Assembly (NCBI GenBank): GCA_965235115.1
Contig: OZ249438.1
Coordinates: 40,238,001 to 40,302,000 of the forward strand
Length of the DNA stretch: 64,000 bases
Origin: Laetmonice hystrix
Taxonomy: Eukaryota
Reading direction: 5' to 3'
Part shown: piece by piece, positions 45,700 through 58,630 of the stretch
Layout of the letters: each line of letters starts with the position of its first letter
How positions within the stretch are numbered: the first letter of the stretch is position 1
Position numbers and translations under genes: made by a program
Notes under the pieces: model-generated
The model's database searches: none
Told to the model about the DNA's origin: nothing
The model's input: only the letters and a program-made list of their open reading frames with translations

Positions 45700-45854
45700 N
45701 NNNNNNNNNNNNNNNNNNNNNNNNNNNNNNNNNNNNNNNNNNNNNNNNNNNNNNNNNNNNNNNNNNNNNNNNNNNNNNNNNNNNNNNNNNNNNNNNNNNN
45801 NNNNNNNNNNNNNNNNNNNNNNNNNNNNNNNNNNNNNNNNNNNNNNNNNNNNNN
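45700..45854. other. Assembly gap (155 N)
   Basis: Run of n characters. Confidence 0.99.
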
Positions 45855-46347
45855 TGCCTTTCTTCGTTATAAAGGGTCTGCCACACTGCGATCTCAGTCC
45901 GTTACGTAAGGGTCAGTGAAACGCCGCGTCGTCCGGCGCCGACAGACAGTGACCTGGTCGCGTGCTGCAGGTAGTACACGACCCGCCACGTGTGTCTGTT
46001 TGCCCACACAGGGCCATCGAAACGCCCCGCTTCCCGCCACCTGCACCACCACCACCACCAACTCCTGGACGCATGCGCGCCCCGAAATATGAATAATTCA
46101 TGAGGTGCTATGATGGTTCTTCATGCATGTTGGAGCGAACAATCAGAAGCGTAGTGTCGGTGCACGGGTGTGGAGAGATGCCTTGCAGGACCCCACAAAC
46201 ATGAGAAGATCGGAGCAGGATTTTGTCTGAAAGTTTTCCACTGATTTCTACCACTCACCTGTAGTCTCAGTGGCAACCACTGCACTGGATACACAGTGCC
46301 ATCAGTTATAGAAACTTGACCGGCTGGATTCTAAGTTAGCCTTGTTC

Positions 46348-46698
46348 ATGGATACCCACGTGGGTTGGGTTATGTTGGTGCTAATCATCCTTGGGATATG
46401 TTCATTAAGGACGACAAACGCTGATGGGAAGTTTGAGATTGAGATCGTGAGTGTGACCAACCCCAAGTCTAACCTGGCAGACGGTGGGTGTTGTGGGGGC
46501 GGTCTGCCCGACCGAACCAACGGTTCGTGTCCCCATCAGTGCCATACAGCCACTCACGTGTGTCTGAAGGAGTTCCAGCCCACACCCCGGCCCTATGGTC
46601 GGTGTACATTCGGCCAGCACTGGGCCCAGCACCTCGGCCCAAGTACCTTCGTCACCGACAACGCCCTCTTCGTCGTCCCCTTCAACTTCTCCTGGAAC
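46348..46698 (+). CDS. JAG1-like: Notch ligand (DSL family, Serrate/Jagged-like), first coding exon: signal peptide + N-terminal MNNL/C2 domain; partial gene
   Basis: MDTHVGWVMLVLIILGICSLRTTNA signal peptide, then GKFEIEI...N...L.G.CCGG...C...C.T...CLKEFQ...C.FG...G..TF...PFNFSW. This matches the Jagged pattern GQFELEI/CCGG/CLKEYQ/CSFG/PFSFAW better than Delta. Phase-0 donor aac|GTGAGT one residue after W, as I recall for vertebrate JAG1 exon 2. Confidence 0.85.
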
Positions 46699-47069
46699 GT
46701 GAGTACCTCCATCTCAACATTTGTTTATTGTAATCTTTGTTGTCATTATTTGTAAATGCCTACCACATTTGTTTATATATTGTTTAGTATATGTTAACCA
46801 AGTGATGCGTGCAAGCACACCTGTCTGTGTGGCCGCCTGGAAGGCAGACTCCATGGTGTCGTCTCCCCTCCAGCCTCCCTTCAGGCCTGTGGTAATGTTG
46901 GCTGTGTGTTACACCAGGTATAACTACTACAACAAGGCCCCAAGTCTTTTATTGCGCTCGCGGTTTTCCAGCCCATATGTAAAGGTATAGCCTCTTAGGT
47001 AAAAGGATGCGGCGGAATAAATTCAATCCATGCAGCACGAAGTGAAATAATCGGATTTGTTGGAATTCT

Positions 47070-47152
47070 ACTGACTGACTGGCTGACTGGCTGACTGACT
47101 GACTGGCTGACTGGCTGACTGACTGAATTAATGACTGACTGACTGACTGACC
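47070..47152. repeat. (CTGA/CTGG)n microsatellite
   Basis: Read directly from the sequence. Confidence 0.95.
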
Positions 47153-47313
47153 GTCAGCGGAGTTTGATCCGCTTCACCTGGGATACTGCGTGCTTACATA
47201 AACACTTCGGAAACCGCGCGGTGCCACATGTCGGATGGTCTTTGACATGGAAAGGATGAGAAGGAAGGTTTCTGGCAGTCAGTGGTGGAGCCGGAGCATG
47301 GTCTGCCTGCCCC

Positions 47314-47368
47314 CACCGGCCGACCCACCGGCCGACCCACCGGCCCACCGACCGACCCACCGGCCCAC
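47314..47368. repeat. ccgacccaccgg 12-bp short tandem repeat
   Basis: Read directly from the sequence. Confidence 0.8.
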
Positions 47369-48989
47369 CTTCAAACGGTGGTTCCTCAGGCGGTGGGTTG
47401 CGTACGTTTGGCGGGCTGACGCCTAAAGGAAGACCGACTTCATGGGGCTTGGCGGTATGCATTGCGGTTGGGGAAGTGGCCCTATATAGCTCAGACCTAA
47501 CGGCAATGGGCGCTTTATTGTGCCTTTCGACTGCCAATTATACTTCACATTGTACACTTGGTGAACACTTATACTGGTTGGCGGAAGGGGCAAGACGGGC
47601 GCAGGTCAACCACAGCTAAACCAATTGCCACCGTGGAATGCAGTTCATACTCCGCCGTGCTTTTACTTGATGTTCCTGTTGAGATGATATGGCGAGTGCC
47701 AGTCTGTGTATTCCAATGCTGTACGCATGTAGAGCCCTGCTTCCGTCTTAGTGAAAACAGGATCATTTAACATCTTCAAAGGCTACGTGACCGTGTTTAA
47801 CATCCACAGTGAAAAGAGTGAAGTTTGAGCACGTGTGCGGCTCGCCATGTGTGTAACGTCCCGGTGAGGTTGTAGAGCCAGTTTATGTACGGCAGTGGTT
47901 GGGTCCAGCCGGTATCCGGACTGACCACACTCACGGCGGCGGGAGGGGCGAACTCAAATGCCCTCTTGCCCCCTTTTACCCCAGTGTGCGTGCACTGGGT
48001 ATAGCTTAACCATGGTATCTGGTTTGACAGTTTAAATCATGCGTAAAACATGCATCTTTTCAATGTCGGTGCGTGACATACCGATAGGTTACCGAACAGG
48101 GCCGCTCGACACACCTGGCTTCCTAGTTCCAATGACGGACGCTCGTGTCGCTGATGCCGTCCGGCCCTGGTGTTGATCCAGCGTTCGTTCTCAAACAGAC
48201 GCTTGATTGAAACGTAATGATATACGTTTGTATATACATTACCCAATCTTACACGGCATCATAATTGTTACTGATCGCGTATGAAGACATTCATTCAAGT
48301 TCCGTATAGAATTCTGCAGAATGGCACATTAAACAACATGAAGTATAACCCTCACTAACAGCTATAATACATAGAGACTTTAATCTTAATGCATCAGTGC
48401 CCAAATAAGTCGGTCGCGTGCCCTAGCTTTTCACCTGCCTCAAGAGGGAGGTACACCTCTATAGATCTATCCCTGAGTGCCACCATTCTGCCAGATTCCG
48501 ACCTCAGTGTTGGCAGAAGTTTGTCCGATCCGTGCACACCATCACACTTTGATTGTTCGCCCGTTTGTAGCCGTTGTGCCGTTATCTCTGTGTACATGCA
48601 GGCAAACAGGAACTCCCCCACACGTACATGTTCGTGCATAGATGTGTAGTGAGACTACACATCTATGGTTCGTGTTCTGTAGGCCAACTATACTTTTATA
48701 GGAATTCCGACCAAAAGAGTCCAGATAGAGCCGTGTGTTTGCTGGACACATTGGTAAAAAGCTGAGGTCACGTGACAGCCAGACGTCGAGGACGTTGGAA
48801 CAATCGGCTGGTTCTACAAGCTTCAAAGCTGACCGTTCATTGTACAGGACTGCTGGGGCAAAGGGACGGTAGCGTGCACGTGGCTAGACTTGGCCACCAC
48901 CACACCACCTTGACAATCTAACCATACCAGGAAAATACCCGGCCTCAGCACGACAGGCTGCTGCTGGTCAGACAGGAAGTGTGCGGTTA

Positions 48990-50104
48990 AAAACGGTAGG
49001 CATGTCCGCACAGTCTGCCCACTCTCCAACCTTGAGATCCGAGGGAAAACAGAGTCATTGTCAGCAATGAAACGGTAGGCATGTCCGCACAGTCTGCCCA
49101 CCTTCCAACCTTGAGATCCGAGGGAAACCAAGTCATTGTCAGCAATGAAACGGTAGGCATGTCCGCACAGTCTGCCCACCTTCCAACCTTGAGATCCGAG
49201 GGAAACCAAGTCATTGTCAGCAATGAAACGGTAGGCATGTCTGCACAGTCTGCCCACCCTCCAACCTTGAGATCCGAGGGGAAACCAAGTCATTGTCAGC
49301 AATGAAACGGTAGGCATGTCCGCACAGTCTGCCCACTCTCCAACCTTGAGATCCGAAGGGAAACCAAGTCATTGTCAGCAATGAAACGGTAGGCATGTCC
49401 GCACAGTCAGCCCACCCTCCAACCTTGAGATCCGAGGGAAACCAAGTCATTGTCAGCAATGAAACGGTAGGCATGTCCGCGCAGTCTGCCCACCTTCCAA
49501 CCTTGAGATCCGAGGGAAACCAAGTCATTGTCAGCAATGAAACGGTAGGCATGTCCACACAGTCTGCCCACCCTCCAACCTTGAGAACCGAGGGGAAACC
49601 AAGTCATTGTCAGCAATGAAACGGTAGGCATGTCCGCACAGTCTGCCCACCTTCCAACCTTGAGATCCGAGGGAAACCAAGTCATTGTCAGCAATGAAAC
49701 GGTAGGCATGTCCGCACAGTCTGCCCACCCTCCAACCTTGAGATCCGAGGGAAACCAAGTCATTGTCAGCAATGAAACGGAAGGCATGTCCGCACAGTCT
49801 CCCCACCCGCCACAGGCGCGTGTCCAGGATTTTCAGCAGGGGGGGGGGGGGGGTTCAGGAAATTTTTAAAAATTAGAAGCTCTGAGACGCGATTCCCCGC
49901 CATTTAGGGGCCATTTTAGGGCATTATATTTTGTGGATTCATCGCTCAACGGGTTCAAAACTGCGGGATTGCTTGGAAAAAACTATGCTCTGCATGTGGG
50001 AGCAGAGGGGGGTCCGGACCTCCTGGACCCCCCCCCCTCCCCCCGGACACGCGCCTGCTCCAACCTTGAGATCCGAGGGAAACCAAGTCATTGTCAGCAA
50101 TGAA
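48990..50104. repeat. 78/79-bp minisatellite, ~11 units, interrupted by a MITE
   Basis: atgtccgcacagtctgccc... at 49081 and 49159, continuing; resumes after 50057. Confidence 0.95.
49813..50057. mobile_element. CAG...CTG MITE with 5-bp TSD inside the 78-bp array
   Basis: cgcca|caggcgcgtgtcc...ggacacgcgcctg|ctcca; 13-bp TIR; the uninterrupted unit reads cccaccctccaacc. Confidence 0.8.
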
Positions 50105-50198
50105 ATGTGCGAACACGAGTGGGGGGATGTTTGTATTGCAAACAAAGGCGATACAACACACTCGGTTTCAGGGGCATTGTCAATAAAACAAAAACATG

Positions 50199-50509
50199 GC
50201 GAGCAGATGGGTGACTATGGTCTTGTTTTGCGAGGAGATGGGTGACTATGGTTTTGTTTCGCGAGGAGATGGGTGACTATGGTTTTGTTTCACGAGCAGA
50301 TGGGTGACTATGGTCTTGTTTCACGAGCAGATGGGTGACTATGGTCTAGTTTCGCGAGGAGATGGGTGACTATGGTTTTGTTTCGCGAGGAGATGGGTGA
50401 CTATGGTTTTGTTTCGCGAGGAGATGGGTGACTATGGTTTTGTTTCGCGAGGAGATGGGTGACTATGGTCTTGTTTTCCGAGGAGATGGGTGACTATGGT
50501 TTTGTTTCG
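50199..50509. repeat. 31-bp minisatellite, ~10 units
   Basis: gcgaggagatgggtgactatggttttgtttc; period 31. Confidence 0.95.
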
Positions 50510-51519
50510 GTTTTACTGTATCTTGCTCACAGGCTACTCTTCCCATCTAAAGTAATGCACTCGACAGATTGCAGAGAGATGCTTGTGGAATGATTTCCTC
50601 TAATTTTCATGTAAATTACAAGATTGAACAACTCTCAATAGGTAAGAGGGCGCTCTACAACCACTTTCGATTGGTGGAAAATCGCTATTCATTACCATAA
50701 CCAACACTTAACGCGAACTCTTGAAGCTTGGATACTAGAGCCCAAGAGCCGCCATCGACGGGGAAGGCGTTGCCGCTATCAAGAGTAAGGAGGTCAAGGA
50801 CACTTCAAGGTGTAACGTGGATGCCAGCCTACTGCTGCTGCATGGTGCTCAATCAGAGCCGCTCACTGTGAAAGCACGGTAGGATTACATCTGTAAGTTT
50901 GATGATGAGAACGTCAGGGATATAGTTCCGTGTAATATTACATGAGTTCACTGTGACCGGCGACTCGCACGTGGCGACGATTTGTGCCATATTGGTGCCG
51001 AGACGGTAGCTCTCAAAGACAAGTGTTGGTGTCGTGTGCACCAGTCGGCACCACCTGACACACACACTTCTTCCGTCCAATCGTCGATGACGTTTCAACA
51101 CCACCCCTGCCCAGACACGTGTCTATTGTTTACGCCGGATTAGACGGTAATTAATGCTAATCCCTGTTAACAGTACCCTAAATCCAATTAGAGTGGGAGG
51201 GAAGGTGGTGGGCGTGGCGGACGGCTCGTCTGACGCCGGTCCCCGTCAGTGTCCAGTCAGGACGGACGCTCAAGTCAGGCGTTCGTCTGGCTTCATTAAA
51301 ACGGACGTTTGGGGGAGGATGCCATAAAGTTTGGACATTAGTTTGTGCATTCTGAGCTGTCACCGTGAAAATCTAGGAGAATCTCAGTAATCTCCTGCAA
51401 GGTTGTTCTTTCCCTTGTCCAGAAAAAGAGCGAGTTCTTTGGATTCAATTCAATTTAAATGATCCTTAGCCCCATTGAACAGCACGTGATTCATCAGGGA
51501 AGAGATTGACTAATCTGAC

Positions 51520-51855
51520 TGTCTCCACACGGCTGGCCAGTAGTCGCACTAGTGAGGTCTTGTCTCCACACGGCTGGCCAGGTAGTCGCACTAGTGAGGT
51601 CTTGTCTCCACACGGCTGGCCAGGTAGTCGCACTAGTGAGGTCTTGTCTCCACACGGCTGGCCAGGTAGTCGCACTAGTGAGGTCTTGTCTCCACACGGC
51701 TGGCCAGGTAGTCCCACTAGTGAGGTCTTGTCTCCACACGGCTGGCCAGGTAGTCGCACTAGTGAGGTCTTGTCTCCACACGGCTGGCCAGGTAGTCGCA
51801 CTAGTGAGGTCTTGTCTCCACACGGCTGGCCAGGTAGTCGCACTCGTGAGGTCTT
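51520..51855. repeat. 42-bp minisatellite, ~8 units
   Basis: tgtctccacacggctggccaggtagtcgcactagtgaggtct. Confidence 0.95.
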
Positions 51856-53406
51856 AGCTGTGAACCTCCTTCGACAAGGAGTTCTGTCAGTCTAGAGCTT
51901 GCCACGCGCCAACATGATTTAAGTAGCCGGTATCAGTATTCAGGCAGGGAAGTAGGTGTTGATATGGGAGGGCCCTCACCTTTAATACACGCTTTAGTCG
52001 GTTGGTGGCGCCTTGTGAGGTGGAGTGAGCGGTGCCTTTCAGTGCCAAGATAAAAGCCTTCCGTAAGAGGATTAACTGTACATGGGTGGCCAACCGAGAC
52101 GGGTTGAAACTTTCAATCAACGAGTAATGATACGACTGTGTTAGGATAATCACAGAACTTTGATTTTATAATTACCCTCTTACCCTGTGAGGTTAATTTG
52201 TGGCAGTTTTCAACTGTTAATGGAACAGTAAATTCTCAAATTATGGGATAGCCCATTGTGTAAATTAGTGCGATATGCGATACGGTGAACAAGTTTGTAT
52301 AGTTCAATCAAGGACTTATCAAATAACTACATCTGTGATGCACCATATGACACATGTAGGCATAATCTAACCAAGTTAACGAGGTCCCGAAATAAATAAT
52401 CTAACCAAGTTAAGGAGGTCCCGAAATAAATAAGAATGTCTCTCGACAAAAGTAATAATCCTGTAGTTTTTCTGTTATGATGACGGCAGTACATTGAGTT
52501 TATGTGACAGCCCCTAAATAACTGAATAAAGGGAAATTTTAGCATTCCCAGATCTGTTTGACTGGACCATAATGTTAACCATACTACACTTGCTGTAACA
52601 GGCAAAAAAAATAGTTTCTGACTTCCTCCGCTCTTGTTGTCGACCATGACAATCGAATGAGCGTTTGATAGATGTTCCCTGGAGACTGACTTGATCAGCG
52701 CTGTGCTCGTCAGGTACCCGGATACCACACTCTCCAGACAGAGCTGTCACTACCGGCGGCCCCGACACATGCCCCTGGCATTAGATCCCGTTTAGTTTGA
52801 CATTAAACCTGGCCATATCTGTGGTGGACGGCTGGTGGTCGCCTTCTGTCACCGTCAGTGGTAACAGTTGCTGTCAGAGCTGACCAAGGTCCGGTCACAA
52901 GGTCCCCTCCCCGGGGGAGATGGACTTTCCCCTCCCCAGGGGAGATGGACTTTAGAAACACTCCCATTAAACTAAACCCGACACCTTGACTTCAATGGAA
53001 ACTTTTTTGTTGCGAATGGACATCCCTTATTTTGGGTAATTGGATTATTAGATGTTCCGCATCATGGACACTTCTTTTGTTCATGAGTGCGACTTTTTGT
53101 TCAGACATACAGGACCAAACCTTACTAGTACACTTTATTTCACCTCTCGTTTTCTAAAATTGGTATTAAATAATGCAAGCTCTAATTTAGAAGACTTTCT
53201 AACAATGCGGCTGTAATCAGTTTATGATTAATGACAAACAGGAGTATAGCAATATGTAAACTGTCTGCGGTCCATGCCCTAGTTAAGTCTGGAGCCAATT
53301 CGTCCAAGGTTAGGCTTGGCAGAGTTCCCTATATACAACCGGAAGTACATGTATATCGGCCTCGTAGTATTTTCTCAATGAGAATATCTCTGAGCAAGGT
53401 GTATAC

Positions 53407-53490
53407 GATTCTACCACATTCCCCGTCAGTTTAGATTCTACCACATTCCCCGTCAGTTTAGATTCTACCCCACTCCCCGTCAGTTTAGAT
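53407..53490. repeat. 27-bp tandem repeat x3
   Basis: gattctaccacattccccgtcagttta at 53407, 53434 and 53461. Confidence 0.9.
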
Positions 53491-55092
53491 TTACTTTAGG
53501 AAATTCATCTGCGACATTGCATGAACTTTACGTGCTTAATGCCTGAAATAATGTTTCATTTGGGTTGTAATTTGATTAAATGTCAACTTCCCTTTTTAGG
53601 TGTATACTTTGCGGATTGATTGTTTAAAACCGTATCCATTGGAGGTCCGAGCCTTGCTCTTCATCTGATGTTATCTTGTGACCCGGGGAAAAGATCAGGA
53701 TCAGTGAAGGGCAGTGCTGACCTCCGGCCGACCAGCCAGGGACCTAATTATTATAGGGACAATACGGTCAAGGTGACCTTGGGTCACTAGAGATGACACC
53801 ACCCGATAACCTTGAGATAAAATGGCCTTCGCTGGCATTTAAACGGTCTAAATCGATACCATCCGGGTCGTCTATTGGAATCCCGGACTCGATTTCAGTC
53901 TGGATTTGAAGAAAGCGAAAACTTCCGTTATAAACCTATTTGAAAATAGAACATTTCAGTGCATGAAATTGTTGAATCACCAGGAATCGTGTTTAGACAT
54001 GTTAACAACAAGTCACACTTCCGGTAGCCATCACTCATACAGCAGGCGAATCACGTGACATATATGGCAAGTGTTCATACTGTACCCCTCCCTGCGGTGG
54101 GCAAGCCAAGCCTCACGCTGCGCCACCTCTTGGCAGGCACCTGTCAGCCCCCTCAGCTTGGACAATGCCAGTTACTATCAGCCTTGAATCCGAACTGGCC
54201 AAGCCAATGGCGGCTTTTTCAGGGCTCCATTCCACAGCGGCACACGCCAGTGACTGCAGTGTCGGCTGTCCCAGCAACACCCACACCGCGACGTTCGTAA
54301 ACTCGGCCAATTTGTGCGACAACTTTCATTGTGACGGACGCTGGTGCCTCAGGCAGACGATATTTTGCAGAGAGGCCAACGCCATGCGCCCCTTTCATTA
54401 ACAACGCCAAATAAGCGCAAACGACGACGAACATTCTATTTCAGCCGTTCCCGGCGGAGACAAAAGCCGTCGAGTGGCTCTGGTGGCACAATAGGAATGC
54501 TAAAAAGCTTGGTTAAACACGTAAAAAGAGGCGACAAGAGGAGAAGTGTAATTACACTGTTTTAACATTACCCTCGTCCTTGTGAACTGAAAATGTCCTT
54601 ATAGCACCGGGTCAACGTAAACCGATACATAAAATTGGTAGACAGTAACAAAACCATTTCAGAAGCGAGTTCCTTCTTTTGTATAAGTTAAGTGGCTTTC
54701 TTCCTTTGAAGGATCATGACAACGTGATTGTTGACACGTGGCCAGTTCACGAACACACAACAGTGAGCATTGAGAAGCCCTCATATACACGTATCATTGT
54801 CGGAGATGACGGGGGTGTAATGTTATGAAATGTTATGTGGGGGTGACGCTTGACGTGTTCTGATCAGACAAGTTAATTCATGAAATCTTCCCGATCAAGG
54901 TCCCTTGTTCTGCATACAATATGAAACTAGGGCCTCTGTCTGTGCCTCTGTCTGTTCACTGGAAAAGATTAGCCTAATATGGCACGTGATTGTATCATGT
55001 TAGCGACATGGTTTAATAGCAGGCATGCATGCCGGTTGTCCAGGCACTGCGGCCAGTGACGCCTGTATGGGCTGACGCTTATAACAGCCGGG

Positions 55093-55144
55093 CACCTGCT
55101 GACCTGCGATTCCGGGAGCTGACAGGTGCGGCTGTCGACAGCTG
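55093..55144. promoter_or_regulatory. Putative bHLH E-box cluster (candidate intronic enhancer of the Notch ligand)
   Basis: GCACCTGC (E-box at 55093), ACAGGTGC (55123) and ACAGCTG (55139) lie within 52 bp. Function is inferred only. Confidence 0.3.
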
Positions 55145-55523
55145 ATCATGATCCCACAATCTGATGATCACTGCCGAGTCAGGTCTGATCAGTGTGTACG
55201 TCGTCACTGGGGTGTGAAACAACCCCCACCCTACCCCACCCTACCCCACCCTACCTCACCCTACCCCACCCACCCGAATCAGGGTCCTTAGTAATTAATC
55301 TATACTTGTAATCACATGATATCTGGTCTCTCCTTTACTTTAAAAACGACAAAATAAGTTAAAGAACGAAATCCTGTCACCTGCTTGAGTCAGTGTTAAT
55401 TAAAACGGCCATTAACCATTAGTGACATGTCGCTTTTTGGGCACATTCCTTGTTCACGTTTGCAATATATCGTATATTCTGACACATAGAAAGGTAGGCT
55501 TAATGTTATCGAATGTTACACTG

Positions 55524-58500
55524 AAGAACTAACGGCTTGATATCCTTTAGTGACATGCAGTCGATGTGAACATGAAGAGCCAGTTCAAGCCGTAATTCAT
55601 ACAAGAACTAACGGTGGCTTGATATCCTTTAGTGACATACAGTCGATGTGAACATGAAGAGCCAGTTCAAGCCGTAATTCATACAAGAACTAACGGTGGC
55701 TTGATATCCTTTAGTGACATGCAGTCGATGTGAACATGAAGAGCCAGTTCAAGTCGTAATTCATACAAGAACTAACGGTGGCTTGATATCCTTTAGTGAC
55801 ATACAGTCGATGTGAACATGAAGAGCCAGTTCAAGCCGTAATTCATACAAGAACTAACGGTGGCTTGATATCCTTTAGTGACATGCAGTCGATGTGAACA
55901 TGAAGAGCCAGTTCAAGCCGTAATTCATACAAGAACTAACGGCGGCTTGATATCCTTTAGTGACATGCAGTCGATGTGAACATGAAGAGCCAGTTCAAGC
56001 CGTAATTCATACAAGAACTAACGGCGGCTTGATATCCTTTAGTGACATACAGTCGATGTGAATATGAAGAGCCAGTTCAAGCCGTAATTCATACAAGAAC
56101 TAACGGTGGCTTGATATCCTTTAGTGACATGCAGTCGATGTGAACATGAAGAGCCAGTTCAAGTCGTAATTCATACAAAAACTAACGGCTTGATATCCTT
56201 TAGTGACATACAGTCGATGTGAACATGAAGAACCAGTTCAAGCCGTAATTCATACAAGAACTAACGGTGGCTTGATATCCTTTAGTGACATGCAGTCGAT
56301 GTGAACATGAAGAGCCAGTTCAAGCCGTAATTCATACAAGAACTAACGGTGGCTTGATATCCTTTAGTGACATGCAGTCGATGTGAACATGAAGAGCCAG
56401 TTCAAGCCGTAATTCATACAAGAACTAACGGTGGCTTGATATCCTTTAGTGACATACAGTCGATGTGAACATGAAGAGCCAGTTCAAGCCGTAATTCATA
56501 CAAGAACTAACGGTGGCTTGATATCCTTTAGTGACATACAGTCGATGTGAGTATGAAGAGCCAGTTCAAGTCGTAATTCATACAAGAACTAACGGTGGCT
56601 TGATATCCTTTAGTGACATGCAGTCGATGTGAACATGAAGAGCCAGTTCAAGTCGTAATTCATACAACTAACGGCGGCTTGATATCCTTTAGTGACATAC
56701 AGTCGATGTGAACATGAAGCAGTTCAAGCCGTAATTCATACAAGAACTAACGGTGGCTTGATATCCTTTAGTGACATGCAGTCGATGTGAATATGAAGAG
56801 CCAGTTCAAGCCGTAATTCATACAAGAACTAACGGTGGCTTGATATCCTTTAGTGACATGCAGTCGATGTGAACATGAAAAGCCAGTTCAAGCCGTAATT
56901 CATACAACTAACGGTGGCTTGATATCCTTTAGTGACATGCAGTCAATGTGAACATGAAGCAGTTCAAGCCGTAATTCATACAAGAACTAACGGTGGCTTG
57001 ATATCCTTTAGTGACATACAGTCGATGTGAACATGAAGAGCCAGTTCAAGCCGTAATTCATACAAGAACTAACGGTGGCTTGATATCCTTTAGTGACATA
57101 CAGTCGATGTGAGTATGAAGAGCCAGTTCAAGTCGTAATTCATACAAGAACTAACGGCGGCTTGATATCCTTTAGTGACATGCAGTCGATGTGAATATGA
57201 AGAGCCAGTTCAAGCCGTAATTCATACAAGAACTAACGGTGGCTTGATATCCTTTAGTGACATGCAGTCGATGTGAATATGAAGAGCCAGTTCAAGCCGT
57301 AATTCATACACTGAAGAACTAACGGTGGCTTGATATCCTTTAGTGACATGCAGTCGATGTGAACATGAAGAGCCAGTTCAAGCCGTAATTCATACAAGAA
57401 CTAACGGTGGCTTGATATCCTTTAGTGACATGCAGTCGATGTGAGTATGAAGAGCCAGTTCAAGCCGTAATTCATACAAGAACTAACGGTGGCTTGATAT
57501 CCTTTAGTGACATGCAGTCGATGTGAACATGAAGAGCCAGTTCAAGCCGTAATTCATACAAGAACTAACGGCGGCTTGATATCCTTTAGTGACATGCAGT
57601 CGATGTGAATATGAAGAGCCAGTTCAAGCCGTAATTCATACACTGAAGAACTAACGGTGGCTTGATATCCTTTAGTGACATGCAGTCGATGTGAATATGA
57701 AGAGCCAGTTCAAGCCGTAATTCATACAAGAACTAACGGTGGCTTGATATCCTTTAGTGACATGCAGTCGATGTGAATATGAAGAGCCAGTTCAAGCCGT
57801 AATTCATACAAGAACTAACGGTGGCTTGATATCCTTTAGTGACATACAGTCGATGTGAACATGAAGAGCCAGTTCAAGTCGTAATTCATACAACTAACGG
57901 CGGCTTGATATCCTTTAGTGACATGCAGTCGATGTGAACATGAAGAGCCAGTTCAAGCCGTAATTCATACAAGAACTAACGGTGGCTTGATATCCTTTAG
58001 TGACATGCAGTCGATGTGAATATGAAGAGCCAGTTCAAGCCGTAATTCATACACTGAAGAACTAACGGTGGCTTGATATCCTTTAGTGACATGCAGTCGA
58101 TGTGAACATGAAGAGCCAGTTCAAGCCGTAATTCATACAAGAACTAACGGTGGCTTGATATCCTTTAGTGACATGCAGTCGATGTGAGTATGAAGAGCCA
58201 GTTCAAGCCGTAATTCATACAAGAACTAACGGTGGCTTGATATCCTTTAGTGACATGCAGTCGATGTGAACATAAAGAGCCAGTTCAAGCCGTAATTCAT
58301 ACAAGAACTAACGGCGGCTTGATATCCTTTAGTGACATGCAGTCGATGTGAATATGAAGAGCCAGTTCAAGCCGTAATTCATACACTGAAGAACTAACGG
58401 TGGCTTGATATCCTTTAGTGACATGCAGTCGATGTGAATATGAAGAGCCAGTTCAAGCCGTAATTCATACAAGAACTAACGGTGGCTTGATATCCTTTAG

Positions 58501-58630
58501 TGACATGCAGTCGATGTGAATATGAAGAGCCAGTTCAAGCCGTAATTCATACAAGAACTAACGGTGGCTTGATATCCTTTAGTGACATGCAGTCGATGTG
58601 AACATGAAGAGCCAGTTCAAGTCGTAATTC
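55524..58630. repeat. 82-bp satellite, ~38 units, with a 743-bp higher-order duplication
   Basis: aagaactaacggtggcttgatatcctttagtgacatgcagtcgatgtgaacatgaagagccagttcaagccgtaattcatac; period 82 (55603 to 55685). Confidence 0.96.

Noticed and set aside
45660-45886. ORFs spanning the N run
   Set aside because: They are artefacts of the assembly gap.
36430-46348. Functional link between the PAN receptor cluster and the neighbouring Notch ligand
   Set aside because: Only adjacency supports it (about 10 kb, with a gap in between); there are no shared sequence features.
48823-51895. Repetitive ORFs over the 78-bp and 42-bp arrays
   Set aside because: They are open in several frames and strands, broken by 79-bp units and a MITE, and show no protein signature.
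54055-54401. Candidate second exon of the Notch ligand (LNPNWPSQW; CDNFHCD)
   Set aside because: The resemblance is superficial. There is no TLIVEA motif or DSL cysteine spacing, and the frames end in stops without a suitable donor.
931-58630. Regular repeat arrays as CRISPR loci
   Set aside because: Units are contiguous with no unique spacers, there are no cas genes, and the context is spliced eukaryotic DNA.
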